Source: Candidatus Latescibacterota bacterium (GTDB lineage: Bacteria; Latescibacterota; UBA2968). From it: 64,000 nt of DNA. The DNA is taken from NCBI GenBank assembly GCA_965204745.1, contig OZ242010.1, forward strand, positions 2,656,001 through 2,720,000, written 5' to 3'. The position numbers were made by a program, and so were the translations under genes. The notes beneath the pieces were generated by a model. It saw only the letters and a list, made by a program, of their open reading frames with translations. It had not been told where the DNA came from and searched no databases. Of the stretch, positions 19,634-30,257 are shown piece after piece (the first letter of the stretch is position 1; the number at the start of each line of letters is the position of its first letter).

Positions 19634-21352
19634 ATGAAAACCTTAAAACTTCGGCAATGGGCCGAAAAGGGGCAGGCCCTGCTCAATAGGGCAAAAAGCG
19701 TCCTCAAAGACGCGCCTCTTGACAAAGTGCGGGACTTTGCACAGCGAGTTCCGGGAGAAGTGGCACCTCCTGACGAATCCGTGCAAGTGGTCTTTGCTGG
19801 TCAATACAGTGCCGGCAAGTCTTCGATTCTCAAGGCACTGACCGGAGAAGACATCGAGATTGGGGCCGCCATCACGACTCAAAAAGTGCAACAACTCGAC
19901 TGGAAAGGAATCAAAGTGACCGATACACCTGGCGTCCACACGGAGTTGCGGCCCGATCAAGACGCAATAACGTACGAGGCGATCAGCAAAGCCGATCTCT
20001 TGGTCTTTGTCATTACCAACGAATTGTTTGACTCCCATATCGCGGAGCATTTTAGGAAACTCGCCATTGATCGGGAAAAAGCCCACGAAATGCTGTTGGT
20101 TGTGAACAAGATGCAACGATGTGCCGAGGGGAATACACCAGAAGTTCAGAACACAATTCAGGAAGACCTCCGAAAAGTCCTCGCACCGTTCACCCCGGAA
20201 CAACTTCGCATCTCTTTTGTGGACGCCGAATCCGAACTTGAGGCCCGCGCAGACCGGGATGAGGAGCTTCGCAGAATTTTCCGGCGAAGAAGTGGCTTTG
20301 ATGGCTTTATTGATAATCTCGATGCGTTTGTGGAGGAAAAGGGGTTGGCTGCGCGTTATACGACATCGCTCTACACGCTCGAACAGGTGCTCCAAGAGGC
20401 CCTTGCCGCCGAGGCGAGCGATGATATCGATGTAGATGCTTTGCAAGAATTGCTTACTCAGCAACGACGTGCATTAGTGAATGGTAAGGCACAGGTTTCT
20501 CAGTCCGTGGAAAGTAAGGTCCAACAGACTGTAAATGAGATTAGGGAGGAAGGACGCAAGGCGGCGGACCTAATTCGTGGAGGCGCGAACTCCGAGGCTG
20601 TCAATCGGAAATTAACGGTTGCCCAAGGGCGCGTTGAAAAGCAGGCGGATGAGTTGTCGGGACTCATTCAAAAAACGATGGAAGAGGGTATCAGCAATCT
20701 CGCGGGGAGGGTGACGCAAATTGCGGAGAGCGAATTAGCTAAAGAGTTGCTATCGAGGCTAAGAAAAAGAGTCCAAGATCTCGACATGGATCCTGAGACG
20801 TTGTCTAAGATGAAACAAGGTGGAGATGTAACCTACCGACTTGGATCGTTTCTAGTAAGTAAGTCTTTTACTCCCACAACCTCGACCTTCTCCGGTCTGT
20901 TCAAACTCAACCAGTATTCGGGTACAGCAACTCACGGTATGGTTAAAACCACTGGTCATTTTTTTGGGAAATCCTTTAAGTCGTGGGAGGCGGTAAAGTG
21001 GACCCGTAGGATCGCAAATGCTAGTCGGGTTTTGGCTGTATTAGGGATGCTTTTGACCATTTTGACTCAGATCATAGAAGACGCCAGGGCTGCCAAGCTG
21101 GAACAGGAATTGCGCGAAGGCCGGGCGGCGGTGCGGGCAGGATTTGACGAAGCCGCCCATGCGGTTGAACTCCATTTCGATGAAGAGACCAACACCTATG
21201 TCGACGAAACCATCGGCAAGCGCATTGCAGAGGTGGATGAGCAACTCGAGGAACTTAGAGATATGCAGCAATCGCGTAGCGAGCTCTTCCAAGAACTCAC
21301 GGGCCTGTTGGAAGATACCCGATCACTCATCTCGGAAATGCACGCGTCGTAA
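19634..21352 (+). CDS. dynamin-like GTPase (2), LeoA-like
   Basis: G1 GQYSAGKSS, G3 DTPG, G4 NKM, coiled coil and a C-terminal hydrophobic segment. Confidence 0.78.
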   Translation: MKTLKLRQWAEKGQALLNRAKSVLKDAPLDKVRDFAQRVPGEVAPPDESVQVVFAGQYSAGKSSILKALTGEDIEIGAAITTQKVQQLDWKGIKVTDTPGVHTELRPDQDAITYEAISKADLLVFVITNELFDSHIAEHFRKLAIDREKAHEMLLVVNKMQRCAEGNTPEVQNTIQEDLRKVLAPFTPEQLRISFVDAESELEARADRDEELRRIFRRRSGFDGFIDNLDAFVEEKGLAARYTTSLYTLEQVLQEALAAEASDDIDVDALQELLTQQRRALVNGKAQVSQSVESKVQQTVNEIREEGRKAADLIRGGANSEAVNRKLTVAQGRVEKQADELSGLIQKTMEEGISNLAGRVTQIAESELAKELLSRLRKRVQDLDMDPETLSKMKQGGDVTYRLGSFLVSKSFTPTTSTFSGLFKLNQYSGTATHGMVKTTGHFFGKSFKSWEAVKWTRRIANASRVLAVLGMLLTILTQIIEDARAAKLEQELREGRAAVRAGFDEAAHAVELHFDEETNTYVDETIGKRIAEVDEQLEELRDMQQSRSELFQELTGLLEDTRSLISEMHAS

Positions 21353-21435
21353 GGTTGCGCTTGGGCGCGTTGTGGCTACAGATCGAATGGGGTTGGGTGG
21401 GCTGATTGCTGGCGATAGAAAAGGAAACTTTCCCC

Positions 21436-23004
21436 ATGCGCTTTTTTAATACCGCCGGGCCTGTAGTGGCTGAAGACCATTACTGTATCCCGCCCTTAGA
21501 ACGGCTAAATCTCGTCGAGGTGCGTCGACTCATCCGGGACAAACGCTACTTCGTCCTGCACGCGCCTCGGCAGACGGGCAAGACCTCGGCTCTGCTGGCC
21601 TTGCGCGACCTGCTCAACGCCGAAGGCGCGTACCGTTGCGTGTACGCCAATATCGAAGGCGGGCAGGCCATGCGCGAAGATGTGGAACAGGTCATGCGCG
21701 TCATTCTGGGCGAGTTGGCACTCCGGGCGAGTTTGCTGGGCGATGAGTTTCTGGACGAGATTTGGCCCGACATCTTGACCAAGAGCGGGCCGGGTGCTGC
21801 GTTGCGCGTGGCCTTGACGCGCTGGGCCAATGCGGATCCGAAACCGCTGGTGTTGCTCATCGACGAGATAGACGCGCTGATCGGCGACTCGCTCCTATCT
21901 GTGTTGCGGCAGTTGCGCGCTGGCTACGACCAGCGTCCAAAGTATTTTCCGCAAAGCATAGTGCTGTGCGGAATACGCGATGTGCGCGATTACCGCATCC
22001 ATTCCGGTTCTGCAAATGCCGTCATTGCAGGGGGCAGCGCGTTTAATATTAAATCGCGCTCGTTGCGATTGGGCGACTTCTCGCAGGACGAGGTGCGCGC
22101 CTTGCTCGCACAGCATACAAAGGAGACGGGGCAGGCGTTCACCCCCGACGCACTGGACGCGATCTGGCATCAGACGCAGGGGCAACCGTGGCTGGTCAAC
22201 GCCTTGGCAGATCAAACCTGCTTCCGAGATGGTGCCGAGGATCGAAGCGATCCCGTCACTGCTACCGCTGTCGTCGAGGCGAAAGAGCAACTCATCCTGC
22301 GCCGCGAAACGCACCTCGATCAGTTGACCGACAAACTCCAAGAAGAGCGCGTGCGGCGCATTGTCGAACCGATCTTGAGCGGCGGCGATGAGGAACGCCA
22401 CTTCACGGATCGCGATTTGGGGTATGTACAGGATCTCGGGCTCGTGGGTCAAGATCAACCGTATCGCATCGCCAATCCGATCTACGCCGAAGTCGTGCCC
22501 CGCGAATTGACATGGGTGGTCCAAGGGGAATTTGAGCAGGAAACGGTCTGGTACATCCAGGCCGATGGCAGTTTGGATGTGGTCAAATTGCTGGCCGAGT
22601 TCCAGACCTTTTTCCGCGAACATTCCGAGCATTGGGTCAAGCGATTCGCGTATCAAGAGGCCGGCCCCCAGTTGCTGTTACAGGCGTTTTTGCAAAGGAT
22701 CATGAATAGCGGTGGGCGTATCGAACGCGAGTATGGCTTGGGCCGCATGCGTACCGATCTGCTCATCATCTGGCCGCAGGGCGAGCGCAAATTCGTGATC
22801 GAGTGCAAAGTGCTCCGCAAGACCTTGGAACGGACTATCGCCGAGGGTTTGGAACAGACCGCAGACTACATGGATCGCTGCGATGCAGAGGCGGGGCATC
22901 TGGTGATCTTTGACCGCCGCGAGGATCGGCGTTGGCCGGACAAGATATTTCGGGATCGCCGAGCGTCTGACAGTGGCGTTGAGATCGAGGTATGGGGGAT
23001 GTGA
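21436..23004 (+). CDS. AAA ATPase (AAA_35-like) with C-terminal PD-(D/E)XK nuclease-like domain
   Basis: MRFFNTAGP, APRQTGKTS, LLIDEID, REY..GRMRTDL..VIECK. Confidence 0.85.
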   Translation: MRFFNTAGPVVAEDHYCIPPLERLNLVEVRRLIRDKRYFVLHAPRQTGKTSALLALRDLLNAEGAYRCVYANIEGGQAMREDVEQVMRVILGELALRASLLGDEFLDEIWPDILTKSGPGAALRVALTRWANADPKPLVLLIDEIDALIGDSLLSVLRQLRAGYDQRPKYFPQSIVLCGIRDVRDYRIHSGSANAVIAGGSAFNIKSRSLRLGDFSQDEVRALLAQHTKETGQAFTPDALDAIWHQTQGQPWLVNALADQTCFRDGAEDRSDPVTATAVVEAKEQLILRRETHLDQLTDKLQEERVRRIVEPILSGGDEERHFTDRDLGYVQDLGLVGQDQPYRIANPIYAEVVPRELTWVVQGEFEQETVWYIQADGSLDVVKLLAEFQTFFREHSEHWVKRFAYQEAGPQLLLQAFLQRIMNSGGRIEREYGLGRMRTDLLIIWPQGERKFVIECKVLRKTLERTIAEGLEQTADYMDRCDAEAGHLVIFDRREDRRWPDKIFRDRRASDSGVEIEVWGM

Positions 23005-23101
23005 GGAAGGCCGGCGAAATGGGGCATGGTTGCGTACTGTCAGGTCGTAAGGTTGCGCTTGGGCGCGACTCGTTGCACAATTTTGAACCGGGAGTTTTGA
23101 C

Positions 23102-23806
23102 GTGCATCATCCGAAAAAAGAAAAACCCGATCTCCTCGAGCGCGGCGCGCCTGTCGATGGTGAGTCGCAGGTGAGTGATCGGCGGCTCTACATGCAGTTG
23201 CAGGTCTTCACGGGGGTTCGGGATGTGGCCGCTGTGGTTCGCGCACTCGACCAAAGCGGCCTCGAGTACGCGCTCTATTTGGACGCGCACGACCCTTGTG
23301 GTATTGGCGTCGTCTTTCTCGCGAAATCGCCCGATCTGTTTGTGACCGACATCCGCGCCGCGCTCACCCGCGAGCCCTTCTGTTCCTACACGCGCCGGCC
23401 CGAACTCGCCATGCTCGGGCGCACGTACGCCACGGGCTACGAACCGGACCTCGAGTACGCGCTCATCACCCGGCCGCGCAACAATGTGCTCAACCCCGAA
23501 TGGCCCTGGGCGATATGGTATCCCTTGCGCCGCAACGGGGATTTCGCCCGCCTCAACCACAAAGAACAACGCGCAATTCTCATGGAACACGCCGCGATTG
23601 GGCGCGCTTATGGCCGCGAGAATCACGCGCACGACATTCGCTTGGCCTGCTATGGCCTCGATCCCAACGACAATGATTTTGTCATCGGCTTAATCGGAGC
23701 CGAACTCCATCCCCTCTCTCGCGTTGTGCAAGACATGCGAAAAACCCAACAAACCGCGCTCTACATGGAATCGCTGGGGCCGTTTTTTGTCGGAAAAAAA
23801 GTGTGA
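23102..23806 (+). CDS. chlorite dismutase / coproheme decarboxylase (HemQ/ChdC) family protein
   Basis: WYPLRR..F..L...EQ..ILMEH..IG, YGLD..DNDFVIG, GPFFVG. Confidence 0.8.
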   Translation: MHHPKKEKPDLLERGAPVDGESQVSDRRLYMQLQVFTGVRDVAAVVRALDQSGLEYALYLDAHDPCGIGVVFLAKSPDLFVTDIRAALTREPFCSYTRRPELAMLGRTYATGYEPDLEYALITRPRNNVLNPEWPWAIWYPLRRNGDFARLNHKEQRAILMEHAAIGRAYGRENHAHDIRLACYGLDPNDNDFVIGLIGAELHPLSRVVQDMRKTQQTALYMESLGPFFVGKKV

Positions 23807-23846
23807 AAAGTCGCGTGTCCGAACGAGGCAAAGGAGTCATAAGTGC

Positions 23847-24197
23847 ATGAGTTGGCGTCCCTTCATCAAACTCTACCCATCCACGCTCGACATCATACAA
23901 CTGGGCGTCAATCTCATTGTTCGCACAGCTATTCTCACACTCGTGTTGAGTTGTTTCCTGCTCATTGGCCTGAGCTTCAATTGGCTGATAAACTTCGGAT
24001 TAGAGGTATTGGAAGCTCCTGAAATTGGCAAGAAGATATTGTCGCAGATCGCGCTTGTGTATATCTTGGTCGTAGGGGGCGCGGCTACGTTAACTAGCAC
24101 TATGGTCGTGGTTTATTTGACAATCGCCGACCTGCGTAATTTTCCGACCCAAGTGCCGAGCGATAAAAATGGAGGCGATGGTGATGCCAAATATTAA
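23847..24197 (+). CDS. small membrane protein, unknown function
   Basis: Two hydrophobic segments, AAGGAG RBS, lower GC; start uncertain. Confidence 0.5.
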   Translation: MSWRPFIKLYPSTLDIIQLGVNLIVRTAILTLVLSCFLLIGLSFNWLINFGLEVLEAPEIGKKILSQIALVYILVVGGAATLTSTMVVVYLTIADLRNFPTQVPSDKNGGDGDAKY

Positions 24198-24762
24198 GCT
24201 CCTTCTCATGAGAGACTTCAAGTTGGCGATAATACACGCCACCGTGTGGATACTTTTGTTTTGGATTTCAGGATATCCCATAGATGAATGGGCTGTGACT
24301 GCGGTTGTCTTGTACATCCCGCTGTGGTTGTCAATAGAGATCGTTCTCAGGGTGGTATCCTTTACGGCAAGGCGTCTGTCCAATTACGTGAGCCGCGCCG
24401 CACAGAGGGCCGGGATAGAATTTCCCGAGAGTCGGCCTCATGGCCTTTCCAACAAGCGATGCCCTATCGCCGTATTTCTGATATTGTTCTCCACGATCAT
24501 TGGCCTTTCATTGAGCGTTGGCATACCCGCCGCTGGTCTGGTTGGACTCACACCTCTGCCATCTTATTTTTTTTGGGTAGCATTGGGATTTCTCTGTATC
24601 GGAGGGCTGGGCTTGTCGCTGATTTTTGGTATCGCAGCAACCATACTCGCTGTGGTTAACGCGCTACATGAAGGCTTGGGGCCGAGAATCACGCGCTCTC
24701 ACGCAATGACTCGGGATGTAGCCGTTGCCGCTGGGTTTTTCCAAGAATCTATGTCAGCGTAA
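24184..24762 (+). CDS. four-TM membrane protein, unknown function
   Basis: Four hydrophobic segments; GGAGG RBS; overlaps the preceding ORF. Confidence 0.5.
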   Translation: MPNIKLLLMRDFKLAIIHATVWILLFWISGYPIDEWAVTAVVLYIPLWLSIEIVLRVVSFTARRLSNYVSRAAQRAGIEFPESRPHGLSNKRCPIAVFLILFSTIIGLSLSVGIPAAGLVGLTPLPSYFFWVALGFLCIGGLGLSLIFGIAATILAVVNALHEGLGPRITRSHAMTRDVAVAAGFFQESMSA

Positions 24763-24781
24763 ATGGAAATCGGAGTTGTCC

Positions 24782-25990
24782 ATGATCCAGCGGCTTGAAA
24801 CCCTTTATTATCGGTGCTTGCGCCATGTTGAACAGGACCTCGCGCGCTTCCACCTCTTGGCGGGCGCGAATGGCAGTGGGAAAACCGCCTTTCTCGACGC
24901 GCTGGCATTTCTCGGGGATTTCGTGCGCGATGGCCTTGACGCGGCCATTTACAGTCGGGCTAGCGACTTGCGCGACCTCACTTGGCACGGGCTTGCGGAC
25001 CGATTTGAAATCGCGGTTGAATTGCCCGTGCCCGAACGCGAATCCAATCTCTTTTCGGACCGGGACTTCTCGCGCTGTCGCTACGAACTCGCCATCGGCA
25101 CCATCGAAGAAACCGAGGCCATCGGCATTCTCTCTGAGCGCGTGCTCTTGCTCACGGACATCCAGCGGGACGCCCGCGCCATCCAAGAATCGCTCTTTCC
25201 AGTGGATGATCCCACGCCGCAAACCCTGGCCACGCGCCGGTTGCGCGGCATCAAAACCATCGTCAACAAAGTGCCGGGGGGCAACGACAAGTTTTACGAT
25301 GAATCCGGTGCGGGATGGGATCCCACCTTCAAACTCGGCGTGCGGCGTTCCGCACTCGGCAACCTGCCCGAAGACGAAGCGCGTTTCCCCATCGCCACTT
25401 GGCTCAAACACACCCTCTCAAACCGCATTCGCACCCTGACCTTCAACAGCGACCAACTCAGACAGCCCTGCCCGCCGGGGCAACCGCTCGACCTGTTGCC
25501 CGACGCCGGCAACCTGCCATGGGTCGTCGCGGCGATAGAGAAAAACGCGCCGCACAGGCATGCGGCGTGGCTTGCGTGCTTGCACGCGGTTTTGCCGGGC
25601 CTATCGGCTGTTCACGCGGTTGTGCGTCCCGAAGACCAGCACGCCTATCTCGTGGTCAACCACCACAACGACCTCGAAACCCCGTCGTGGATGTTGTCAG
25701 ACGGCACCCTGCATCTGCTCGCCCTGACCCTGCTCGCCCATGCGCCGGATTACGCTGGAACATGCCTCATCGAAGAACTCGAAAACGGCCTTCACGCCGC
25801 CGCTATCGAACCGGTCTTCAACGCACTCTGCACCGTGCCAACCGCCCAAATTTTGGCAACCACGCACTCGCCCATCATTCTCAACTGCGCGGATCCCGAC
25901 CAAGTGCTTTGCTTCATCACCACGGAAACAGGCGCGACTCAGGTGGAGCGGTCAGCGGTCAGCAAACCAAAGCGAAACGCCGATAGCTGA
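24782..25990 (+). CDS. ABC-type ATPase (AAA_21 class, often defence-associated)
   Basis: GANGSGKT, LSDGT signature, LIEELENGLH, QILATTHSP. Confidence 0.82.
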   Translation: MIQRLETLYYRCLRHVEQDLARFHLLAGANGSGKTAFLDALAFLGDFVRDGLDAAIYSRASDLRDLTWHGLADRFEIAVELPVPERESNLFSDRDFSRCRYELAIGTIEETEAIGILSERVLLLTDIQRDARAIQESLFPVDDPTPQTLATRRLRGIKTIVNKVPGGNDKFYDESGAGWDPTFKLGVRRSALGNLPEDEARFPIATWLKHTLSNRIRTLTFNSDQLRQPCPPGQPLDLLPDAGNLPWVVAAIEKNAPHRHAAWLACLHAVLPGLSAVHAVVRPEDQHAYLVVNHHNDLETPSWMLSDGTLHLLALTLLAHAPDYAGTCLIEELENGLHAAAIEPVFNALCTVPTAQILATTHSPIILNCADPDQVLCFITTETGATQVERSAVSKPKRNADS

Positions 25991-26006
25991 TGGGACACAA
26001 ATTATT

Positions 26007-26352
26007 GGGACCTACCCCCCCTGGCCCCCGTTACTCGCTTCGCTTCGTTGTAGGCTACGCCTGTGCCTGTGAGGAAGGGGGGAATGGCGAGAGGTTGTGC
26101 GAGGAGTTTGGGTTTCCAGGGCGTGATCTATTTGCTCAAAGCCATCAGAACAGCTAGGGATACAAACCTTCAAAAAGCCATGCGCTCCCCCTTTCCTTGT
26201 AGGAAAGGGGGCCGGGGGGATAGGTCCTACGAGGAAGCGGGAAGAACCTCTCTCGTTGCGGAGAGGAGCCGGAGGAATGGATGGCTCGTCCAGGTCTTTG
26301 GGCGATTGGTCGCGGCTTGCTTCCTACTCGCTTTCTACTCTTAATTCGCATT
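26007..26352 (+). mobile_element. MITE-like element: hairpin core plus an IS right-end remnant
   Basis: Near-identical to 32324-32626; ends in CTTAATTCGCATTG. Confidence 0.75.
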
Positions 26353-26410
26353 GTCAGTGGTCAGTCCCCGCCCTATCCCCCGAAATCACTCCGCGCTTCG
26401 ATTCGATGCT

Positions 26411-27625
26411 ATGATCTCTGAGCTTCTCAACCGCCGGTTCATCGCCCTGCTCATCGTCTCCTTTTTCAGCAGCTTTGTCGCTGCCCCGGTCAGCACCCTG
26501 TTGCCCATCTACGTGGAAGCGGATTTGCGCGGCACGCCCTTCTTTTCTGCGGGATTGCGTGCGGCCTTTCTCATTTTGGGCGGTGTCTTTGCCGTGCCTG
26601 CGGGGCGCCTGTCCGACGTTTGGGGCGTCAAACCCGTGTATGTGCTCGGCACTTTGGGGCCCGTGCTCGCCGGGGCGATCTTCTTCAGCGGCGATCCCCT
26701 CCTGTTGATGGCGCTGTGTACGGGCATTGGCATTTCGTTTGGCTTCAACAGCGCGGGGGGGCAAAGCTATTTGATCAGCGCGGCGCCTGCTTCTGTGATC
26801 GGCATGGCATCGGCCGGGTATTTTTTAGGCAATACCCTCGGCTCTGCTTCGGGCAACTTGCTCTCTGGCCCCATCGCCGACGCGTTTGGGTTCCAATCCC
26901 TCGGCCTTTTAGTCGCGCTCGCAGGCGTGGGCCTCGTCCTGATGAGCATGGTGATCCTCCCTGTGATTCCCTCGCCGCAATCGGTTGACCGCAGGCACGA
27001 CTTGTCCGCGCTGATGCACCTGTTTCGCCGGCTCGACCTGTGCCTCTTGTTGGGCATTCGCTACTTGCCGACCAGTTATTGGGGGGCCGTCACCCTGCTC
27101 TTGCCCCTGCTCATCTTCCGCATCACGGGCACGAGCAAAGCCGCCACGGATTACACCGCGATCAGCCTGACCATTGCCGCGTGTTTTCAAGTGCTCACCG
27201 GACGACTTTGCGACCGCATGGGCCGCTGGCGTCCCATCCTCGTTTCCGCGTCCCTCGTCGCCATCAGCGCGCTCGGCCTCGCCCTGACCGCCCATCGCCT
27301 CGCGGGCATTTACGTCTTTGGCATCCTCGCAACCGCCTCGGCTTGGTCGCTTTCGACCACGATGCCGGGCCTCATCCAACTCATCGCACGCGAAAACGAA
27401 AAAGGCCGCGTCGTTGGCGCGGCTCACTTGGCTTGGAGTATGGGCATGCTGTCCGGCAGCTTGGGCGGCGGCAAACTCATCGACCGGGGCATTGCCTGGC
27501 CCTTTGGCATCTCAGTCTTGTTTTGCCTCGGCGCACTCGCCTGCGGCATCGGTCTCTATCGCTTGCATGGAAAAAACAACCACGGGCAGGTCCCGACAGG
27601 TGCAAACCGGGATGACCATAGATGA
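26411..27625 (+). CDS. MFS transporter
   Basis: About 12 TM segments; GRLSDVWG and GRLCDRMGR motif A repeats. Confidence 0.9.
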   Translation: MISELLNRRFIALLIVSFFSSFVAAPVSTLLPIYVEADLRGTPFFSAGLRAAFLILGGVFAVPAGRLSDVWGVKPVYVLGTLGPVLAGAIFFSGDPLLLMALCTGIGISFGFNSAGGQSYLISAAPASVIGMASAGYFLGNTLGSASGNLLSGPIADAFGFQSLGLLVALAGVGLVLMSMVILPVIPSPQSVDRRHDLSALMHLFRRLDLCLLLGIRYLPTSYWGAVTLLLPLLIFRITGTSKAATDYTAISLTIAACFQVLTGRLCDRMGRWRPILVSASLVAISALGLALTAHRLAGIYVFGILATASAWSLSTTMPGLIQLIARENEKGRVVGAAHLAWSMGMLSGSLGGGKLIDRGIAWPFGISVLFCLGALACGIGLYRLHGKNNHGQVPTGANRDDHR

Positions 27626-28271
27626 ACGCGGATGGACTTGGGTGGACTAGGTTGTGTTGACATTTTATTTTTTTTGACGTTACGCACAGATTGGCAAATG
27701 TGTTGCTTGATCATTTAATGCGTTTGGTCCTACAGCCTCGTTGGTTGCCTTTGATGCCTTCGGCGACTTACTTTTTTTCAACAGCAAAAAAAAGTAAGCA
27801 AAAAATGCCGCTCTCAAACGCCGAGAGGCTTGCACAGCGCAAAGCGCTTTTGTAACAGCACAATATGCGTCAGCCTGCAAAGTGGGTTGCAACATGGAGG
27901 TTGGTTGCGAGATGGCCTTGCGCGCTGTGCGTGATGGCTTGAGCTGATGGGCTTTTGCGATGGCATGGTTGCAATGGCTTCTCTGAATGACTGCGAAATG
28001 TCAAGGAGAGCACTGGTTGATAGCATTTGGGGATTGCATGCGCGGACAGGCCCCGTGCCTGTCCCTACGGTTGATGAAGACAAGATGAGGCAACGAACTG
28101 CGAACTGCGCGGTGGTCGGGTTGGGTGAGCACTTGGGGCGGATGGGCTTGGGTGGACTGACAACTGACAACTGACTACTGACTACTTGGGGCGGTGGCGG
28201 GGTTGCCTCACCTCTCCCGTCTTACGTCTCACCGAAGGGGGTTGGGCAGGACACGCACGGGCACGCACAGT

Positions 28272-28892
28272 TCATCCGCGTTTATTTTTTTTCCGTCTCT
28301 CCAAAAACCGCGCCTTGCCCCCGTGGCAGGTTTGGCAGGTTGCGGGTTTGCCCGTTTGGATATCCAGCAAGCGATCCGTGAACTGCTCCATCATCATGCG
28401 CGCGGCAACCTTGTTGGGCGTGGGCGCGACCGGATCGAGGCGACCATCGCGCCTTCGCACATGGCAGTAGTCGCACGCCTTGACCCCCAGTGCGGTCTGC
28501 ATGGCTTTCATCAGCGCCACAATTTCACCGCGCGACATCCCCGCCAACCGCGAGGGCTTGGCCGCGCTGGTATCGCGCACCACAAAGCGCGCTGTGCCCT
28601 TGTGACAAAAGGCACAATCGATGGCTTGCCCCGCTGTCGTCACCAATCCATTGACAAAGTGGCGATTCATATCATGCGCGGTTTCTTTGCGTGGCGAGGG
28701 GGCTTTGTAATCGCGCTCGCCGTCCTCGGTCTCAGACGGATGGCAGTATTGGCACGTAACCCCCAGGGCGTTTGAAATCGCCTCCATGCCTTCCTCGCTC
28801 GTGTCGAGTGCGCGTCGGTCGTCTGCGCGTATGGTTGCCCAAACCAAAACAACCGCGCACATAAAAACAAAGCGTTTCACACAAGTCCTCAT
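28272..28892 (-). CDS. exported tetraheme c-type cytochrome (PufC-like repeats)
   Basis: Signal peptide; CQYCH, CAFCH, CDYCH, CQTCH; duplicated M..(I/M)..ALGV.C.YCH unit. Confidence 0.85.
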   Translation of the reverse strand: MRTCVKRFVFMCAVVLVWATIRADDRRALDTSEEGMEAISNALGVTCQYCHPSETEDGERDYKAPSPRKETAHDMNRHFVNGLVTTAGQAIDCAFCHKGTARFVVRDTSAAKPSRLAGMSRGEIVALMKAMQTALGVKACDYCHVRRRDGRLDPVAPTPNKVAARMMMEQFTDRLLDIQTGKPATCQTCHGGKARFLERRKKNKRG

Positions 28893-30235
28893 AAAATTCG
28901 ACCGTCCACCCCATCGGCACAGGTCAGTCCCAACAGATTCATCATCGTCGGCAAAACATCCATCACAGTTGCATCTTCGCACCCCAAACCGGGCGCGTTG
29001 ACAAACCACAGCGCATCGTCAAATGCATGCGTGCCATTCACCGGACTGGGTTCGAGCAAAACGCGCTTGTCAAAACCGCCCTTCAAGTCGTATCCCGGCG
29101 CGGGCACTGCGATAAAATCTGGCGCCGCATCGAGATCATCTCCCCAAAAAGCCTCCTCGCGCATCAGCACGCGGTCAATGACGCGCTCGCCGGTATCGGG
29201 ATCGCGTATCGCCATCAACCCGGCTGTCACATCTCGCCTCACCTGCTCGTATTCCGCCCCCATCGACACACAACCCTCGCGCTCTCTGCCCCTCGCGTTC
29301 ACGTAGAACCGCCCGGGCAGCAGGGAATAACACCGGGTTTGCGGCGATAAATGTCGCAACTGCTCGGGATCGGGCACTGCGTAGGACAACATCCCGGCCT
29401 GCTGTAACCACGCATTCAAATGCACTTCGCGCTGCAAGGTGCAAAATCCGTGATCCGACAGAATCATCAACAGCGTATCCCCGTACATCCGGGCATGCAA
29501 TTCCCCGATGATTTCATCCACCCGCGCGTAAAACCGCTTGAACCAAGCGGTGGATTGCTCATCCCCGCGCTCGACATCGCCCCAGAGAAAGTGGTGCAAG
29601 CGGTCCGTATCCATAAAATGCGCGATGAACAAATCCCAGGCTTCGCGGGCGTAATATCGGAACATCGCCTCTGCGCGTCGGTCGAGCGCGTAAAAAATCT
29701 CGTCGAGAAATTTCTCGCGGTTCTCCCGCGCTTGCCATGCGTCGATATCGATCAAATACCCCATAGACGCCAGTTCCGAAGCGACCGACGCCGGATAAGT
29801 CGCGCCATTCAACGCCGGTGCCAAAAAGCCAGAAATCAGAATGCCATTGACCGGGCGCGGCGGAAACGTGGTCGGCACGCCCATTGAAAAAACCCGCCGT
29901 CCCATGCCGCTGAAGAGATCGACCCAGGTCTCGGCTTTCAGCGTTCTCGAAGACGGGATAAACATCTCGTGCGTTTGTGGCACGCGGTCGATAAACCCAA
30001 AAATCCCGTGTTTGCCGGGGTTGCACCCAGTCGCGATGGACGCCCATGCCGTTGACGATACCGTCGGCACGACCGAGGTCATAGACATCAACGCCCCCTG
30101 TGCGATCAACCCCTGAAAATTGGGCATCACCCCGTCGGCGATCAACCGTTGCAACAAGCTGTATGGCATGCCATCTAAGCCCAGCACAACTGCGCGGCGA
30201 AATTCGGCCTTGTTTTGTCGAAAAAAATTGGGCAT
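28889..30235 (-). CDS. alkaline-phosphatase superfamily nucleotide pyrophosphatase/phosphodiesterase
   Basis: VLGLDG, AWASIATG.NPGKHGIFGF, TDRLHH, ILSDHGF, GTH. Confidence 0.9.
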   Translation of the reverse strand: MPNFFRQNKAEFRRAVVLGLDGMPYSLLQRLIADGVMPNFQGLIAQGALMSMTSVVPTVSSTAWASIATGCNPGKHGIFGFIDRVPQTHEMFIPSSRTLKAETWVDLFSGMGRRVFSMGVPTTFPPRPVNGILISGFLAPALNGATYPASVASELASMGYLIDIDAWQARENREKFLDEIFYALDRRAEAMFRYYAREAWDLFIAHFMDTDRLHHFLWGDVERGDEQSTAWFKRFYARVDEIIGELHARMYGDTLLMILSDHGFCTLQREVHLNAWLQQAGMLSYAVPDPEQLRHLSPQTRCYSLLPGRFYVNARGREREGCVSMGAEYEQVRRDVTAGLMAIRDPDTGERVIDRVLMREEAFWGDDLDAAPDFIAVPAPGYDLKGGFDKRVLLEPSPVNGTHAFDDALWFVNAPGLGCEDATVMDVLPTMMNLLGLTCADGVDGRIL

Positions 30236-30257
30236 GAGCTCTCTCTAATTTACCCTC

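Noticed and set aside
28272-28892. Evidence of phototrophy
   Set aside because: No pufLM or bch genes; PufC-like heme domains occur in non-phototrophs.
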